64,000 nucleotides of DNA, from the NCBI GenBank assembly GCA_964106915.2, contig OZ066918.1; one strand, given 5' to 3'. Within the stretch, counting starts at the first letter, position 1. Each line of letters starts with the position of its first letter. This DNA is from Podarcis gaigeae. Lineage: Eukaryota. Position numbers and translations under genes: made by a program. Positions 52,490-64,000 of this stretch are shown piece after piece. The notes below the pieces were generated by a model. That model searched no databases. It worked only from the letters and a program-made list of their open reading frames with translations, and was not told the origin of the DNA.

Positions 52490-53401
52490 CAGTGGGACCT
52501 TGCAAGACGAAATTAATTCGTTCTGCGAGTTTTTTCATCTTGCGAATTTTTCGTCTTGCGAAGCACAGATTCCCATAGGAATGCATTGAAAATCAATTAA
52601 TGCGTTCCTATGGTCAAAAAAAGTTTAAAAATCACCAAAGTGTACAGTACTGTACATACATTTTCTAAGACTCTGGGGGACAACACGAAGAAGGTTCCTC
52701 TTCCACTCTTTGCTTCTTGCTGAAGAACCTGTCCATGGTCTGCTGCTTCATCTGCCTTTTCAGCACGTCCCTGAAAGATGACATGACCCTCGTATCAAAA
52801 GTGTTCGCAAGGTCATGTGTCAGGTCCTTGTCAGGGTGGTGCCGCTGTGCAAAAGCCTGCACATCTTTCCACTTCTGGCAAATGTCCCTCAGTTCTTTCT
52901 TCTCCTTCTTCCTCTCGCCAGCCTCTGCAGCAGCAGTCTTCTTGGGCCCCATGGCAGCACAGCTCCTACCTTCGCAAAGCCAAAGGAAAAAAAAAATCAG
53001 TGCTTCACATCCAAAAAATTCAAAAGCACCAAACCTCCTAGAAAACACCCCAACCCAAAATCCAAAGACCCCCCAAAAAGTTTTAAAAGTTTAACTTACC
53101 AAATGGCTGCAAAAGGAGTTTTGGAAAAGCTTCAAAAATCACCAAAGTCCTCAAAAACCTCAAAAAAGGCTACCACACTATGAGTTGCTCCTCGAAGTCA
53201 AGTCGCAACTGCACCTCTTCAAGCAATGCACCCTGGGTATTAACAGTTTTAAGAAAAAGGAAACAAACTTGCAAGACGTTTTCGTCTTGCGAAGCAAGCC
53301 CATAGGGAAATTCGTCTTGCGAAGCAACTCAAAAAATGAAAAACTCTTTTGTCTTGCGAGTTTTTCGTCTTACAAGGCATTCGTCTTGTGAGGTACCACT
53401 G
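52490..53401 (-). mobile_element. Internally deleted Tigger/pogo transposon
   Basis: CAGTGGGACCTTGCAAGACGAA / TTCGTCTTGTGAGGTACCACTG TIRs, TA TSD, repeated TTCGTCTTGCGA subterminal motifs, transposase N- and C-terminal remnants. Confidence 0.88.
52665..52952 (-). CDS. 95-aa mini-ORF fusing the N-terminus and C-terminal (PIP-box) region of a Tigger-type transposase
   Basis: GCTGCCATGG Kozak context; MGPKK...ERKKEK joined in frame to ELRDICQKW...HHPDK...FRDVLKRQMKQQTMDRFF; expression unknown. Confidence 0.45.
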   Translation of the reverse strand: MGPKKTAAAEAGERKKEKKELRDICQKWKDVQAFAQRHHPDKDLTHDLANTFDTRVMSSFRDVLKRQMKQQTMDRFFSKKQRVEEEPSSCCPPES

Positions 53402-53537
53402 TACTGCAAAGATGGAGAGAAGTTGGGGAGAATAGAGCAGCCACAGAAGCATCATATATTGAAAAGCTGGAAAAATGGCATTGCTTGGCCATTTAGAAAT
53501 GGAAGACTGGACTGGACTGAAACAATTGAGTTGCCCA

Positions 53538-53709
53538 CAGGGGTGCCAACTTGAATAAAATGTTTTGGGGGGCAGGTAAGCCCAACCCCACATAATCAAT
53601 CACACCATTTGAATGGCAATACCCATCAAATTTGGGGCCTCCAGCCCCTTCAAATATTTTGCGGGGGTTGGGCTGAAGGGACTTCAGCCCCTAGGAGTTG
53701 GCTCTTATG
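53538..53709. mobile_element. hAT-like MITE
   Basis: CAGGGGTGCCAAC / GTTGGCTCTTATG termini; 8-bp TSD GTTGCCCA / GTTGCCCC. Confidence 0.8.
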
Positions 53710-54769
53710 GTTGCCCCTAACTACAGTCTGAGTGCAAAAGGTGGTGCGAGGCTGAACCCCAAAATAGCAATTGCTTCTTTTAAACTTGCATTTGCTGCTT
53801 CAACACAATGACTGCTTAACAAACAAACAAAAAAAGTCAGTGATATCTACTACAGTAAACAGAAAGGGTGGAGGGAGAAGGTATGTAAACTTTTTGAAAT
53901 GGAATATAACCCAAAATTCAATTTTATAAGTCAACGTGATTTTATTAATGTGGTAACAAAAAAGAGAAAGTAACCTTAGCGGTGGGGTGAAGCTAAAGAA
54001 AGAAAATAAATAAATTTAAAATCAATCTTATTTTAGCAGTGACTGTTCAGTCGCTTGCATATACAGAAATTAATCTTATTTTGGAACAACAGGAAACACA
54101 CAATAGAAAATAAGGTTAAGATTGATTCTGAAGCTAGACAGCTTTGTTGCCTGGCTGGGAATAGACAAATGAAGGAGCAGAAAATATATTCAGCTCATCT
54201 TAGATAAATTATTAATTTTTTTATAATATTGTTAATGTTTGTGGCATAAAAGAAAAAGATCAAAGGAAGAGTTTTCCAGTCAGCAGCCAAACATTGTGCG
54301 AAATCATCTATCCTCAGAATAAATGTGTTTTTTATTATTGGGCTGTTTATGCTGCAAATAAGAGACTTATTTTCCATTTCCAAGCTGAGACTTTTATTGC
54401 AAAATATGTCAAAGGCTTCCTCTCTCTTGGTTGTTTCTTGAATTGCCATTCTTCCTTTCTTCCTGATTATAAATGGGTTGCAACTTCCATGGAAGTTCAA
54501 AAGAGATCTGCGTTGCTGCAAATATTGCTATTTGTTTCTTAAATGTGAAGCCTAAACACTACCAACCCAACACTATGGAATACCAATACATATCCTGATC
54601 TTCAGCAACTCAATATTAGTTCCATTTTACTAAGGGAAAACTGAGACCAAGAGACAGTCTCATTCAAGACATAAAAGGAAATCGTAGTTTGTCATTATGA
54701 GAACATGTCTGCATAAACCTTTCATTAGGAAAAGCAGTGGTCAGGGAACACCTAGTTCCCTTTATATGA

Positions 54770-55040
54770 ATTCAAATCCCCAGGGCCTGATGAAATTCAC
54801 CCAATGGTACTAAAGGAACTTGCAGAAGTAATCTCAGAGTCTCTGTCTATAAACTTTGAGAATTCTTGGAGAACAGATGAGTTTCCTGCAGACTGGAGAT
54901 GAGAAAATGGCACCCCCATCTTCAAAAGGAGAAAAGAAGGCCCAGGTAACTACTAACCAGTAAGCTTGACATTGATACCAGGAAAGGTCTTAGAACAGAT
55001 AATTCAACAGTTGGTTTGTGAGCATTTAGAAAAAGATGCC
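54770..55040 (+). mobile_element. CR1 ORF2 RT fragment
   Basis: KSPGPDEIHPMVLKELAEVISE...PADWR*..PIFK..GNY*PVSLTLIPGKVLEQII. Confidence 0.9.
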
Positions 55041-55117
55041 TAAAAGGGCATGTAGATGACAGAGACCTTCAGTCCTGGCAACTGCTCAATGAAGTAGTGC
55101 CAAGCCGCAAGCCACGT

Positions 55118-55879
55118 TGTGATTCGAGGACCTGATCCCCGCTTGGGGAATAAAGACACGTGGACACAGAATGTAAGGTTAATGGGTAAGGTAAAGGCCA
55201 CAACTTTATTGATTACAGCATGTGAGAAGGTATTGGCTTAGGCATTGGACCACAGAACATTAGACTCCACCCACTCGGAGAGGGGTGAGTCTGAGGAGGG
55301 GTTAACAACCAGTAGGGGAAGCCTGTTGATGCTAATCCAACTATAGGCTCTCTTCCTGATGTCACCGAGGGTCGTGCCATGGCCCCCCGCCACACGGGCA
55401 TCAGCCAGGATCCACGACCGCCGGATTCCTTTAGCGGAATACCCAAAATTGTCGGGGAAGGCGATGGCCACACCTTGCCCCCAGAAACACCAACAACACA
55501 TTCCAATGCCTAACCGCCAAATACCACGAAAGTTGTGACGGTTGCTACGAAGTAGGCAAAAAAAACCAGGAGGCCGGGCCAATTTAGCCAATTGGAAAAA
55601 ATTCCTACCAGGCCCCCTGGTTAAACAGGGTGACCAGCCAGAGATCCATAGCAAAGTCTCAGGAACAGCTAATCTAAAGGGAGTGGAGGGTGGGTGACTC
55701 GAAGAAAATGTGTGTGCAATGGTGGGAATGGCTGGCGCGGCTGCGTTTGAGCAGCCAGCCACGCCCCTGTTGAGCTTCCCTATTGGGTGCCCAACTGGGG
55801 AGGGGCGTTGCGCCGCCCTGGAGTTGAAGCAGGGGGCGGAGCACCCCCTGCATGACGCAGGAATCATCTCCTGCTCACA
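55118..55879 (-). mobile_element. CpG-rich LTR-like element (762 bp)
   Basis: TGTGA...TCACA inverted termini; on the minus strand GC boxes and CCAAT lie near the 5' end and AATAAA (about 55206-55211) about 90 bp from the 3' end; no clean TSD. Confidence 0.65.
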
Positions 55880-56012
55880 ACCCCTTCCCTCCTGGGAGTA
55901 GGAAAGGCTTGAATAAAGTATTAAAAATACACTACTGAACTATGTGTCTTGTGTGCTGAGCTGCATGGGAGAGGAGGGGAGGCTGCAGCTGCTCTGGGCG
56001 GGAAGATAAATG

Positions 56013-56276
56013 TGTTATGTACTGAAGTTCTCACCCGGGGCCAGCAGGGGGATACTGTAGATAGTTTTCACTCAAATCCACATATGCAAATAGGGGATTG
56101 AAAGTGATGTTCAGCGATTGGATAGTTACAGAAAGTGGTTACTGTTGCGTTGTAGTGGAGCTCTATATAAGCAGGCTGGCTGAACCCCTCAGTTCAGGTC
56201 TGTTCTGGCCTGTGAATAAACAAGAGCTGTTTGAAGAATCGCTGTGTCATCTGATATGTTCACCCACAACTTAACA
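56013..56276 (+). mobile_element. Solo LTR (Gypsy-like)
   Basis: TGTTA...TAACA termini; perfect 5-bp TSD AAATG (56008-56012 / 56277-56281); TATATAA at 56164 and AATAAA at 56215. Confidence 0.9.
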
Positions 56277-56449
56277 AAATGCTTTGTGTGTCCGCATCTA
56301 ATCTTGGCCCTTTCTAAAACTGATTTATTGGTGTGTGCTTTTCTTTTTGTAAGTCTACCATGAGGTAAAGAAACCATACCCGCCAACATTTCTTAGAAGA
56401 GCTCCACTTGCAAGTCTCTTTAGTCTCATTATAGATTGGGGTTCATCAG

Positions 56450-56668
56450 AATAGAGTTGTTCTTTTCAGTAGTGGCGCCCAATCTGTGGAATGCCCTCCC
56501 ATCAGATGTTAAGGAGATGAGTAATTGTACAATATTTAGGAAACACCTGAAGGCAGCCCTGTATAGGGAAGCTTTTTAAGGTTTAAATGTTTTGCTATGT
56601 TTTTATATGTGCTGGAAGCTGCCCAGAGTGACTGGGGCAACCCAGTCAGATGGGTGGGATACAAATAA

Positions 56669-56710
<42 letters not shown>
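56450..56710 (+). mobile_element. L2 LINE 3' end with (ATT)n tail
   Basis: TGTGGAATGCCCTCCC (LWNALP) ... GGGGCAACCCAGTCAGATGGGTGGGATACAAATAAA(TTA)n. Confidence 0.85.
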
Positions 56711-56712
<2 letters not shown>

Positions 56713-59700
56713 ATTCTGTCTTGGATGTGTAGAAAAATACTTATCCTGTTTCTTAAAATCCTGTACTTGAGTAATGTGAATCAAGAAAGAGGTAGGTTTG
56801 GGCATCATGGAATATGAATGGGGAGGATGAAAAGAGCAAATAACTCATACTTACTGGTTGCTGTACTTTTCGTAATGACCAACACACAGCTTTCACATAT
56901 TTCTGACTCCCACTGTGAGAAGTTCTTTCATTAGGAGCTTGAAAGTTTCACTTTGGGAATTACAAAACTGTGAGTAGACCACCAGCACTTCTGTCTTCCT
57001 TTGCATTGCATCATGTTCAAACACCCAAAAAAGAGATCAAAGGCTTCATAATTATAAATCACTCCATCTGCTCACTTCATTTATCTGCATGTAGTTGTGG
57101 TGCTTTTTGTGACATTCTCCTCCTCAAGCATTCGTATGCCCATCACTCTTCGACATGTTGTCGCCCTCACCAACATTCATGACTAATTAATGGTATTTTT
57201 GTTTCACTTCCCTAAAGGACCCATGTAGCTGTTTCGAGGTAGCCATTTCGAATGACACAAGGAGCTCATTTTGCTGAAGTGACAGTCAGATAGAATCCTA
57301 TCTCTTTGATCTTTTCCTCCATTGAAAGGTAATGATGGGAAGATTTACCAAAAGATCCCTGTTGCCACTTTTGATTAACTTTCACTTCAAAGACATTTTC
57401 ACATTCTTAAATTCAATTATATATTATTTTTTTTTTATTTCTCTGCACACAAAGCTTCTGTGGACTATTTAATTATCATCACTTTGTAATTACAGCATTA
57501 CTGAAGTATTAATTGATATCCCAACAATTAATTCAGTCATATTATTCCTGCATAAATCTAATTATATTAGGAAAATGCATAGCAACCGATTTTGTTCAAA
57601 GTTCCTATTTCTAACTTTATCTTTGAAAGTGATTAAGAAAGTTTCCCCCCCTCCTACTTCCATAAAGGACTTTGCAAACATTGTAACTTCTATTCCATGA
57701 TGAAAAATCTAGTTTTATTCCCAACATATTTCCCAGTGATGTGCACTGTCTCAGACAGATGATGTCAATTGACTGCAACTTAATAGGGATATTAAGAAGT
57801 AAACCCATTGAGCTCAGTAGGAGCCGAGTAAAGAAGCTTAGAATTTCACCAATGGTCTCAGAGGGGTCACATTATGATAGGTAGGTAAATAAAGACTGAA
57901 GAGTAAAGTTCTATCTTAAAACCCTGTTTTGCAAAGCTGGGTTACTGGATTACTATAGGAGGTCAAAAACACAGACAGGATTCAAATTAATCAAGCAACA
58001 GGTAGCAAAGTCTACCCCCCATTTTTTTAAAAAAAACAACAACAGCTGAAGTTACTTTCCTTATGTACAATGTAAAAAAGTCAATTCTTTCCTCCCAGCC
58101 CAGAAACAGATACTGAACTGGGACACGATTTCAGATTTCAGTAGACGAGCAAAGGTGTTGATGCAAAATTGTGAACCCCTGCTGGATTGCTTTATAATCC
58201 ATAATCCAGGTTTGTGGTTTTGGGAATAAAGTTTTTGATAGATATGTTAAAGTTTGAGGAGCTGTCTGGAAATATGAAGTTCTGAAGAAAAAGTACTAGA
58301 GATAAGCAAACCCCAGCCATCTTGATTTGAAAAGACCTAAGAGCATGTAACTTTATAATGTTCAAGCTGACATTTCCTCAAACCTTTTAAATAATCGGTT
58401 TAGGGGGCAGGAAGGTTGCTGGGGGCGGCGGGGCGGAGACATGATTGAGGTTTATGTATGGTGTGAATCAAGCTGTTAAAGAAATACATTTTTCACCCTC
58501 ATATGACTAGAACCCATGGCAAGCCAATAAAACTGGCTGACTAGAGATTCAGGAGAGACAAAAGGAAATTAAGGGGAGATTTAAAAGCTACATTTCCCAG
58601 AGTTGACATCAATAATGCAGGAATAAGGTAGAAGAACCCTCATCTTAGCATGAGACTTGTCTATTTTCCCCTTTTGCTCTCCTCATTTGTTACTGGGAAG
58701 AGGGATAAAGGATGGAAATTTGGAGGAAGGATTGGACACAGCTTCCAATGCCTTGGGATTTATTAAATTATTCTCCATTCCTAATAAACTAAGGTTGCCA
58801 TATTTCAAGAGGAAATCAGCCTTAAAATTGTTGATACTCAAACTCACCTTTCCTGGACAAACACACACCAACACTTCCTGGACAAACTCACAAACACACA
58901 TTTGAATCCTGGACGTGTCACGTCTGAACACCTATGGGGAGCAGTGTCCCTATATATTCTAGGGTTCCCAGTAGATCTGTGACGACCAACTCAAGAATAT
59001 CACCTGCTTTGGTCAGGAGGAGGAAACTGGAAGCACAGCATACTGCAGAGCCATCCTGCATCTTTTGTAAAACTTGAATTGACTGTCCCACAAGCAATCA
59101 CCATTTAAACAGGCGCTCAAGGGCCTTGTTCATTAGCAAATATCACATAAACTGCCCCGTTCAATGAAAAGTATCTTTAAATCAATCTCATTTCATCTCA
59201 GACCGGCCTCTAATCTCAAGGCCACATTATCAGCAGCTTTATCAAGCGGGAAGCACACTGCTTGGCGCCATGAACCACGTCAACATGCACATTATATAGT
59301 TACATGCTCTCAGGTCATTGAGCTAAATGAGATGTATTATTGATTGTGCTTTACATTCTAAATAGGCTTTACTCTTTAGTGCTTTAAAATGGGAAGCTTA
59401 GGAAAATCCATCTCAGCCTCCTAAGCAACGTGCAGAGGTTAAGCCCAGCTCCAATGGTGAATCAAGCATGGAAAGAAGAGCGTAGTCAGGATAATCTGCT
59501 TCCCGACAAGAGATTTCATCTTGGAGGGAGATTTAGGAATAAGGGAGTCATAATAATTCCACAGATAATATAGTTCAGTTGTGTCAGGCAGATAAATAGG
59601 AAGGGTGGGCCATTATTTCCTCTTCCTGATCTGAAGTTCATATTGTTTTCAGAGGCATCAACCTCTTCTAGCCTTCATTTTGGAACAATTAGGATTCTTT

Positions 59701-62459
59701 GCCATTGGGAACACTTAATTATTGTTTCTGAAGAAGATAGATAAGTTAAAGGTTTGGGGGTTGGCCGATTTGGAATGTAACTGGAAAAGATAATAGTGGC
59801 TACTAGTGGGTTCACATAGTCTACAATTCTATTTGCATTTGCCACCTGAAGTAATCACCATTCAACACAATAGATTTCTTTTTCTAAGTAAATCTTCATA
59901 GGATTGGACTACTAGTTGGATTCAAGGATCAGGAAACTTGGGCCTACCACATGTTCCCACACTTCCCAGATTTGGATGTTTGGGGGTTTATGTCATGCTA
60001 CAGATCTTTCACTATTGCTCTAAAATGGAATGCATTCATCATCTATGTTTGGAAGAAGCCAGAAACCTTGTTTGTGTCTTGGAGCCATGTTAAATGGAGG
60101 TCCCATGGAAAGTGCAGGCTTGCTCTAGGCATACTTAAAATGTCACCTTTTGCTTCGTATCTCTCTTAATATTATTTGGTGTGCAGCAAGTCAAGAATGG
60201 GCCTGTGAGGAGATAAAGTATTGCAAATGGAGCAGAATTGCAGAGCATTGCCCTTATCCCACTAGCAACATCTCCCACTGTTCTGCCCTGAGGCAAAGCA
60301 GTGCAAGGCTCAGACTGTGCTCAAGGACTACAGAACTGCAAAAAAAAACAAACACAAAAAAAACTGAGACTGAGCTTTCTATAGTAGCAACAGCTGCATC
60401 CCAATTGTTACCTCTGCCTGTGCTGAAAGATGTTTCTTTAAAGGGATTCAGCTTGCTCTAGTAGTCTCCTACTGCGGCGGAGAAGGAGATCCTATTGCCT
60501 CATTTGCCTTCTGTGATAAAGTCCTTGATGTTTCTGTGTGGCACAGCTACAACCTCATCCAGTGGAAGAGCTTTTGTGGCTGTCACAGTTATGTCCTTCT
60601 CTTTATGGTCCAGAGTTCTCATCCCCTGGAGAAGGGGACTCAGACACCAGGTGTCTGACACCTGCGTCATGAGGTGCCTGTCTTCAATGTAGCAATAGGA
60701 TTGGTGGTATATAAGATACCACACACACAAAAGACTGATTGGGCCTGTCTTCTAAACAAGCCATTGCCAAGAACCAAGGAGGCAATGGCAGACACAGACT
60801 TATGTGCCTTTCTTTTTCTCTCTCAGTCTAATGTGTATGTTTGCTTCTCCAAAAGCAAATTTAATAGTTAAACTATTTTGTAGAATGAAGAAAAAGACAT
60901 TGTCTACAGTCAGATTTATTAACAAGCTGGTTTCTAACATTTCTCAGTACATATAAAACAAACCAGACAACTGTAGGGAGAGCATAGGAAACCTAAACGG
61001 AACTCACAACCACACAGCAATTGAATCATTCAATTTTAATATAGTGATTAAATTCAACTATGATATACAGCTCTTATTTATAAAGTGCACAGCATTCCCC
61101 AAGAAAGACCATGTAGGTCTGAACTACATTGGTGTAAGATATTTTCTGAAAATCACATAACTCAATGCAGTGTCATACGCAAGACCTGCGTTCATAACTA
61201 AGGACTCAGCTATACAGCTGCATGTAAATAAAATGTTTTAAGTGTGTTGTAAAGTGCATTATACAAATGTGACACTATATGGCGATGGTGAGCTATGACA
61301 AATTCAATATATTTTTCAAAACACTTTTAAAAAAAGCATTTTCATAATATTTTTTTATATGTGTCTAGATTCTACCTAAGTGTCTAGATTCTACCTGGAT
61401 CATGAGTGGTCCAGAATTCCTCCTTCACTTGGAGGAGCTCTATGTACATATGTCACCCTACAAAAATACATTACAATAATTTGAAGAATGTGACTGGAGG
61501 GCACTAGACAAAGCTTGGAGAAGGTTACAGACACATAAATTCATCAAGCAGATGCTCAGCATTTAGGGAATCTCATCCACAAGGCAGGACCCAACTTTAT
61601 TTTGAGAAATTTACTTTGCTTACTGAAGCAAAGCCACAGGTTGTTAGAGGAGAGAATAACTATGGGAGATGCTTTTAGCCTGAGATGAAGTATTAAGTGA
61701 CCAAACAATGCAGAATGAATTTGCTAAATTGGTTGACATGCTGCCTAAAATGGATATTGTTTTATTTGGATTGCTTGCAGCAGTTTAGCATGAGCTTAAA
61801 TAATTTATTTCCTGTTTATGACTTTAAAAGAGGTTTTTCTAAATATTAGCATGTGAAACAAAAAAGCTAATTTTTCACGAGCGATTTCTAACAGCAGTTA
61901 AGCCCTCCAGTGCATTCCAGGAAAAATAATGCTTTATTTTGATTCAGTTCTCTTCTTATTCCTGAACATGTTGGGTGGGGAAGCCACTTTTAATGACTGA
62001 AAGCCAAATGTACTTCCTTTCATTGCTCTGTTGCAAAAGAGGTTGATGGGTATTTGTTGGAGGAGATTGACTGGATAAATTTTTGGCAAGAGAATTTATT
62101 CCATCTTCCAACTGGCTCTTGGGACATCGTCCTATCTAGTGAGGTTGCAACTGGAGAATCCCAGATCTGAAAATTATCAGCACTTGTTTGAATCAAGCCA
62201 TCACAAGCAGCCATTTATTTTTGACTGTTCTGATTCCAAATGAACTGCAGCAGAACAAAGCATGTTTTTATTTCTATATTTAAAGCTGCCTTTTAGAGAA
62301 AATTCGTTAAGCCAGCCTTGCTTAACCCAATGCCTTCTTGGTGTTTTGGGTGGAATCTACACACATATGAAAAACACTGTGAAAACACTTTTAAAAAAAG
62401 TTTTGAAAAATACATTGAATTCTGCATAGCTCACTGTCAACATCTAAACACAATTTAAA

Positions 62460-62554
62460 AATTCCTTCCAGTAGCACCTTAGAGACCAACTAAGTTTGTC
62501 ATTGGTATGCATGCACACTTCTTCAGATACACTGAAACAGATGTCACCAGACCC
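62460..62554 (-). mobile_element. Penelope-like fragment with deleted hammerhead core
   Basis: Reverse complement matches 26310-26390 apart from a few substitutions and the loss of CACGAAAGCTCA. Confidence 0.8.
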
Positions 62555-64000
62555 ACCACCCAGTGTCACATTTGTATATTGTGATTTGCAACACATTTAA
62601 ATTGTTTTATTTGCAGCTGTGTAGAGGCCTTGGACCACAATTCCCATCACAACTGTGCTGGCTGGGGCTGATAGGAATTATAGTCCAAAACATTTGGAGT
62701 GTACCAGTTCGGGCAAGGGTGCATTACACAGAAGCTTACATAAAACATCAATATACAGAATGTGAGCATATAAAACACAATATCACACTTACCAAAAGCA
62801 ACCATTTAAAACTATTATAATAATATTATGATACATTTTAGTATAATGCTACAATATTTTATACTAAATAGTGACTGTATTAACAAAAATGCTGAACAAC
62901 TGATCTTCTTTGTCATCTTTGTCTTTCTTAAATCCCAGTGTTGCTAATTAGCTGATAAAATTACTTGTTGGATTTTATACTGAGTCGGCAGGAATATAGG
63001 CCACTTGTGATGTGTGTGTTGGGAGCATTTATTTTATTTTATTTTTTAAAAAGAGCAGACTATGAATTCCTAGCTGGTAAAACTGAACATCAGTCATTAC
63101 CATAGCCCTGCCTCCAAGGCGCCGCTTCCTTTCCATCCATATGTCAGGTCTCCGTTCTCTTCTCTGGGGTTATGTTCCTGTGATTTGCTCATTTATTTTC
63201 CCTACAAACCAATAATAAGCCCAATAACAGCAAGGGAGAGATGACAGTGGTTCTATCTGTCTTTAAATCTTTGCCTCCATAATTACTCTGACTTGTAGAG
63301 ATACTGTCCTTAAGTTTAAATTCAGAATCAGCAGAAAAACAGCCGTTTCCCATTTGCAGTCGGCCACAATGAATGATTGGAATAGGTATAAAAATCACTT
63401 TCTGCTTTATGATGTGTGGATTAATGAAAGTATTAAACCATTCTAAATGATAGATAAGGAAATTATTTCCACTGTAGCTTGAAAGAAATAAAACCACTCT
63501 GTCTTAAATTAAAGAGCCTTAAAAGTTTGCCAGCTCATCAAAAGTACATGGCCACCAAAATGGGGGCAAGTTTATCACCATTTATGGATCACCTTAATTT
63601 TTTAACATTCATCATTTTTCTGCTTCATTACTGTTAGTGTTTCCCATCAACTTCAAGAAACACACTAATTTCTGCACAGAAGAAGAGTAAATATGAGTCG
63701 GGCTAATATGGTTTTATGAGGAGAAAGAAGATTTACCCATTTTATTAGCATTTTGCGCTATTAATTTTATTTCATTGACATTGTTGTCTTCATTGAGAAA
63801 GTCTCTCTGACTGGAAGAGCATTAATTTATGACATTTAGAGATTCAGACAGAAGCTGAGTTCAGTTAGAGATGCCTGTATGAGAGGTGTTTGTGAACACA
63901 TGGGCTTGAGTATAGCATTTTGCATGAACATATGCATGTCCACCTGAATGTGAATATTTTGTACTTGCTTTGATATATACAGACCAAATAAAGCAATAGA

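Noticed and set aside
55238-55867. 209-aa ORF on the minus strand
   Set aside because: It lies wholly within a GC-rich LTR-like element and has no recognisable domain. Long frames are expected at this GC content.
1-64000. CRISPR arrays, operons or other prokaryotic systems
   Set aside because: The sequence is clearly vertebrate genomic DNA. All short repeats are microsatellites or TE subterminal repeats, not repeat-spacer arrays.

Overview
Vertebrate non-coding DNA from a squamate reptile, most likely a lacertid-type lizard: it carries Sauria SINEs, BovB, and squamate-type L1, L2, CR1 and Penelope repeats. I recognise no intact host protein-coding gene, so the window reads as a gene desert or very large intron. 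It is dense in transposable elements. These include a young 5'-truncated L1 with an uninterrupted 555-codon ORF2 remnant, a BovB copy with a nested Sauria SINE, RTE/L2/CR1 fragments, five LTR-like solo elements, and many hAT and Tc1/mariner-Tigger MITEs with readable TIRs and TSDs. Several repeat-free, motif-dense blocks look like conserved enhancers. The most notable signals are: (i) a minimal type I hammerhead ribozyme in a short Penelope-like insertion at about 26.3 kb, with a sister copy at about 62.5 kb whose catalytic GAAA is deleted; (ii) an internally deleted Tigger/pogo element whose deletion leaves an in-frame 95-aa mini-ORF with a strong Kozak context and a perfect PCNA-binding PIP box; (iii) a possible decayed multi-exon gene at 7-8.7 kb. 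Repeat family names come from pattern recognition only; no database search was run.
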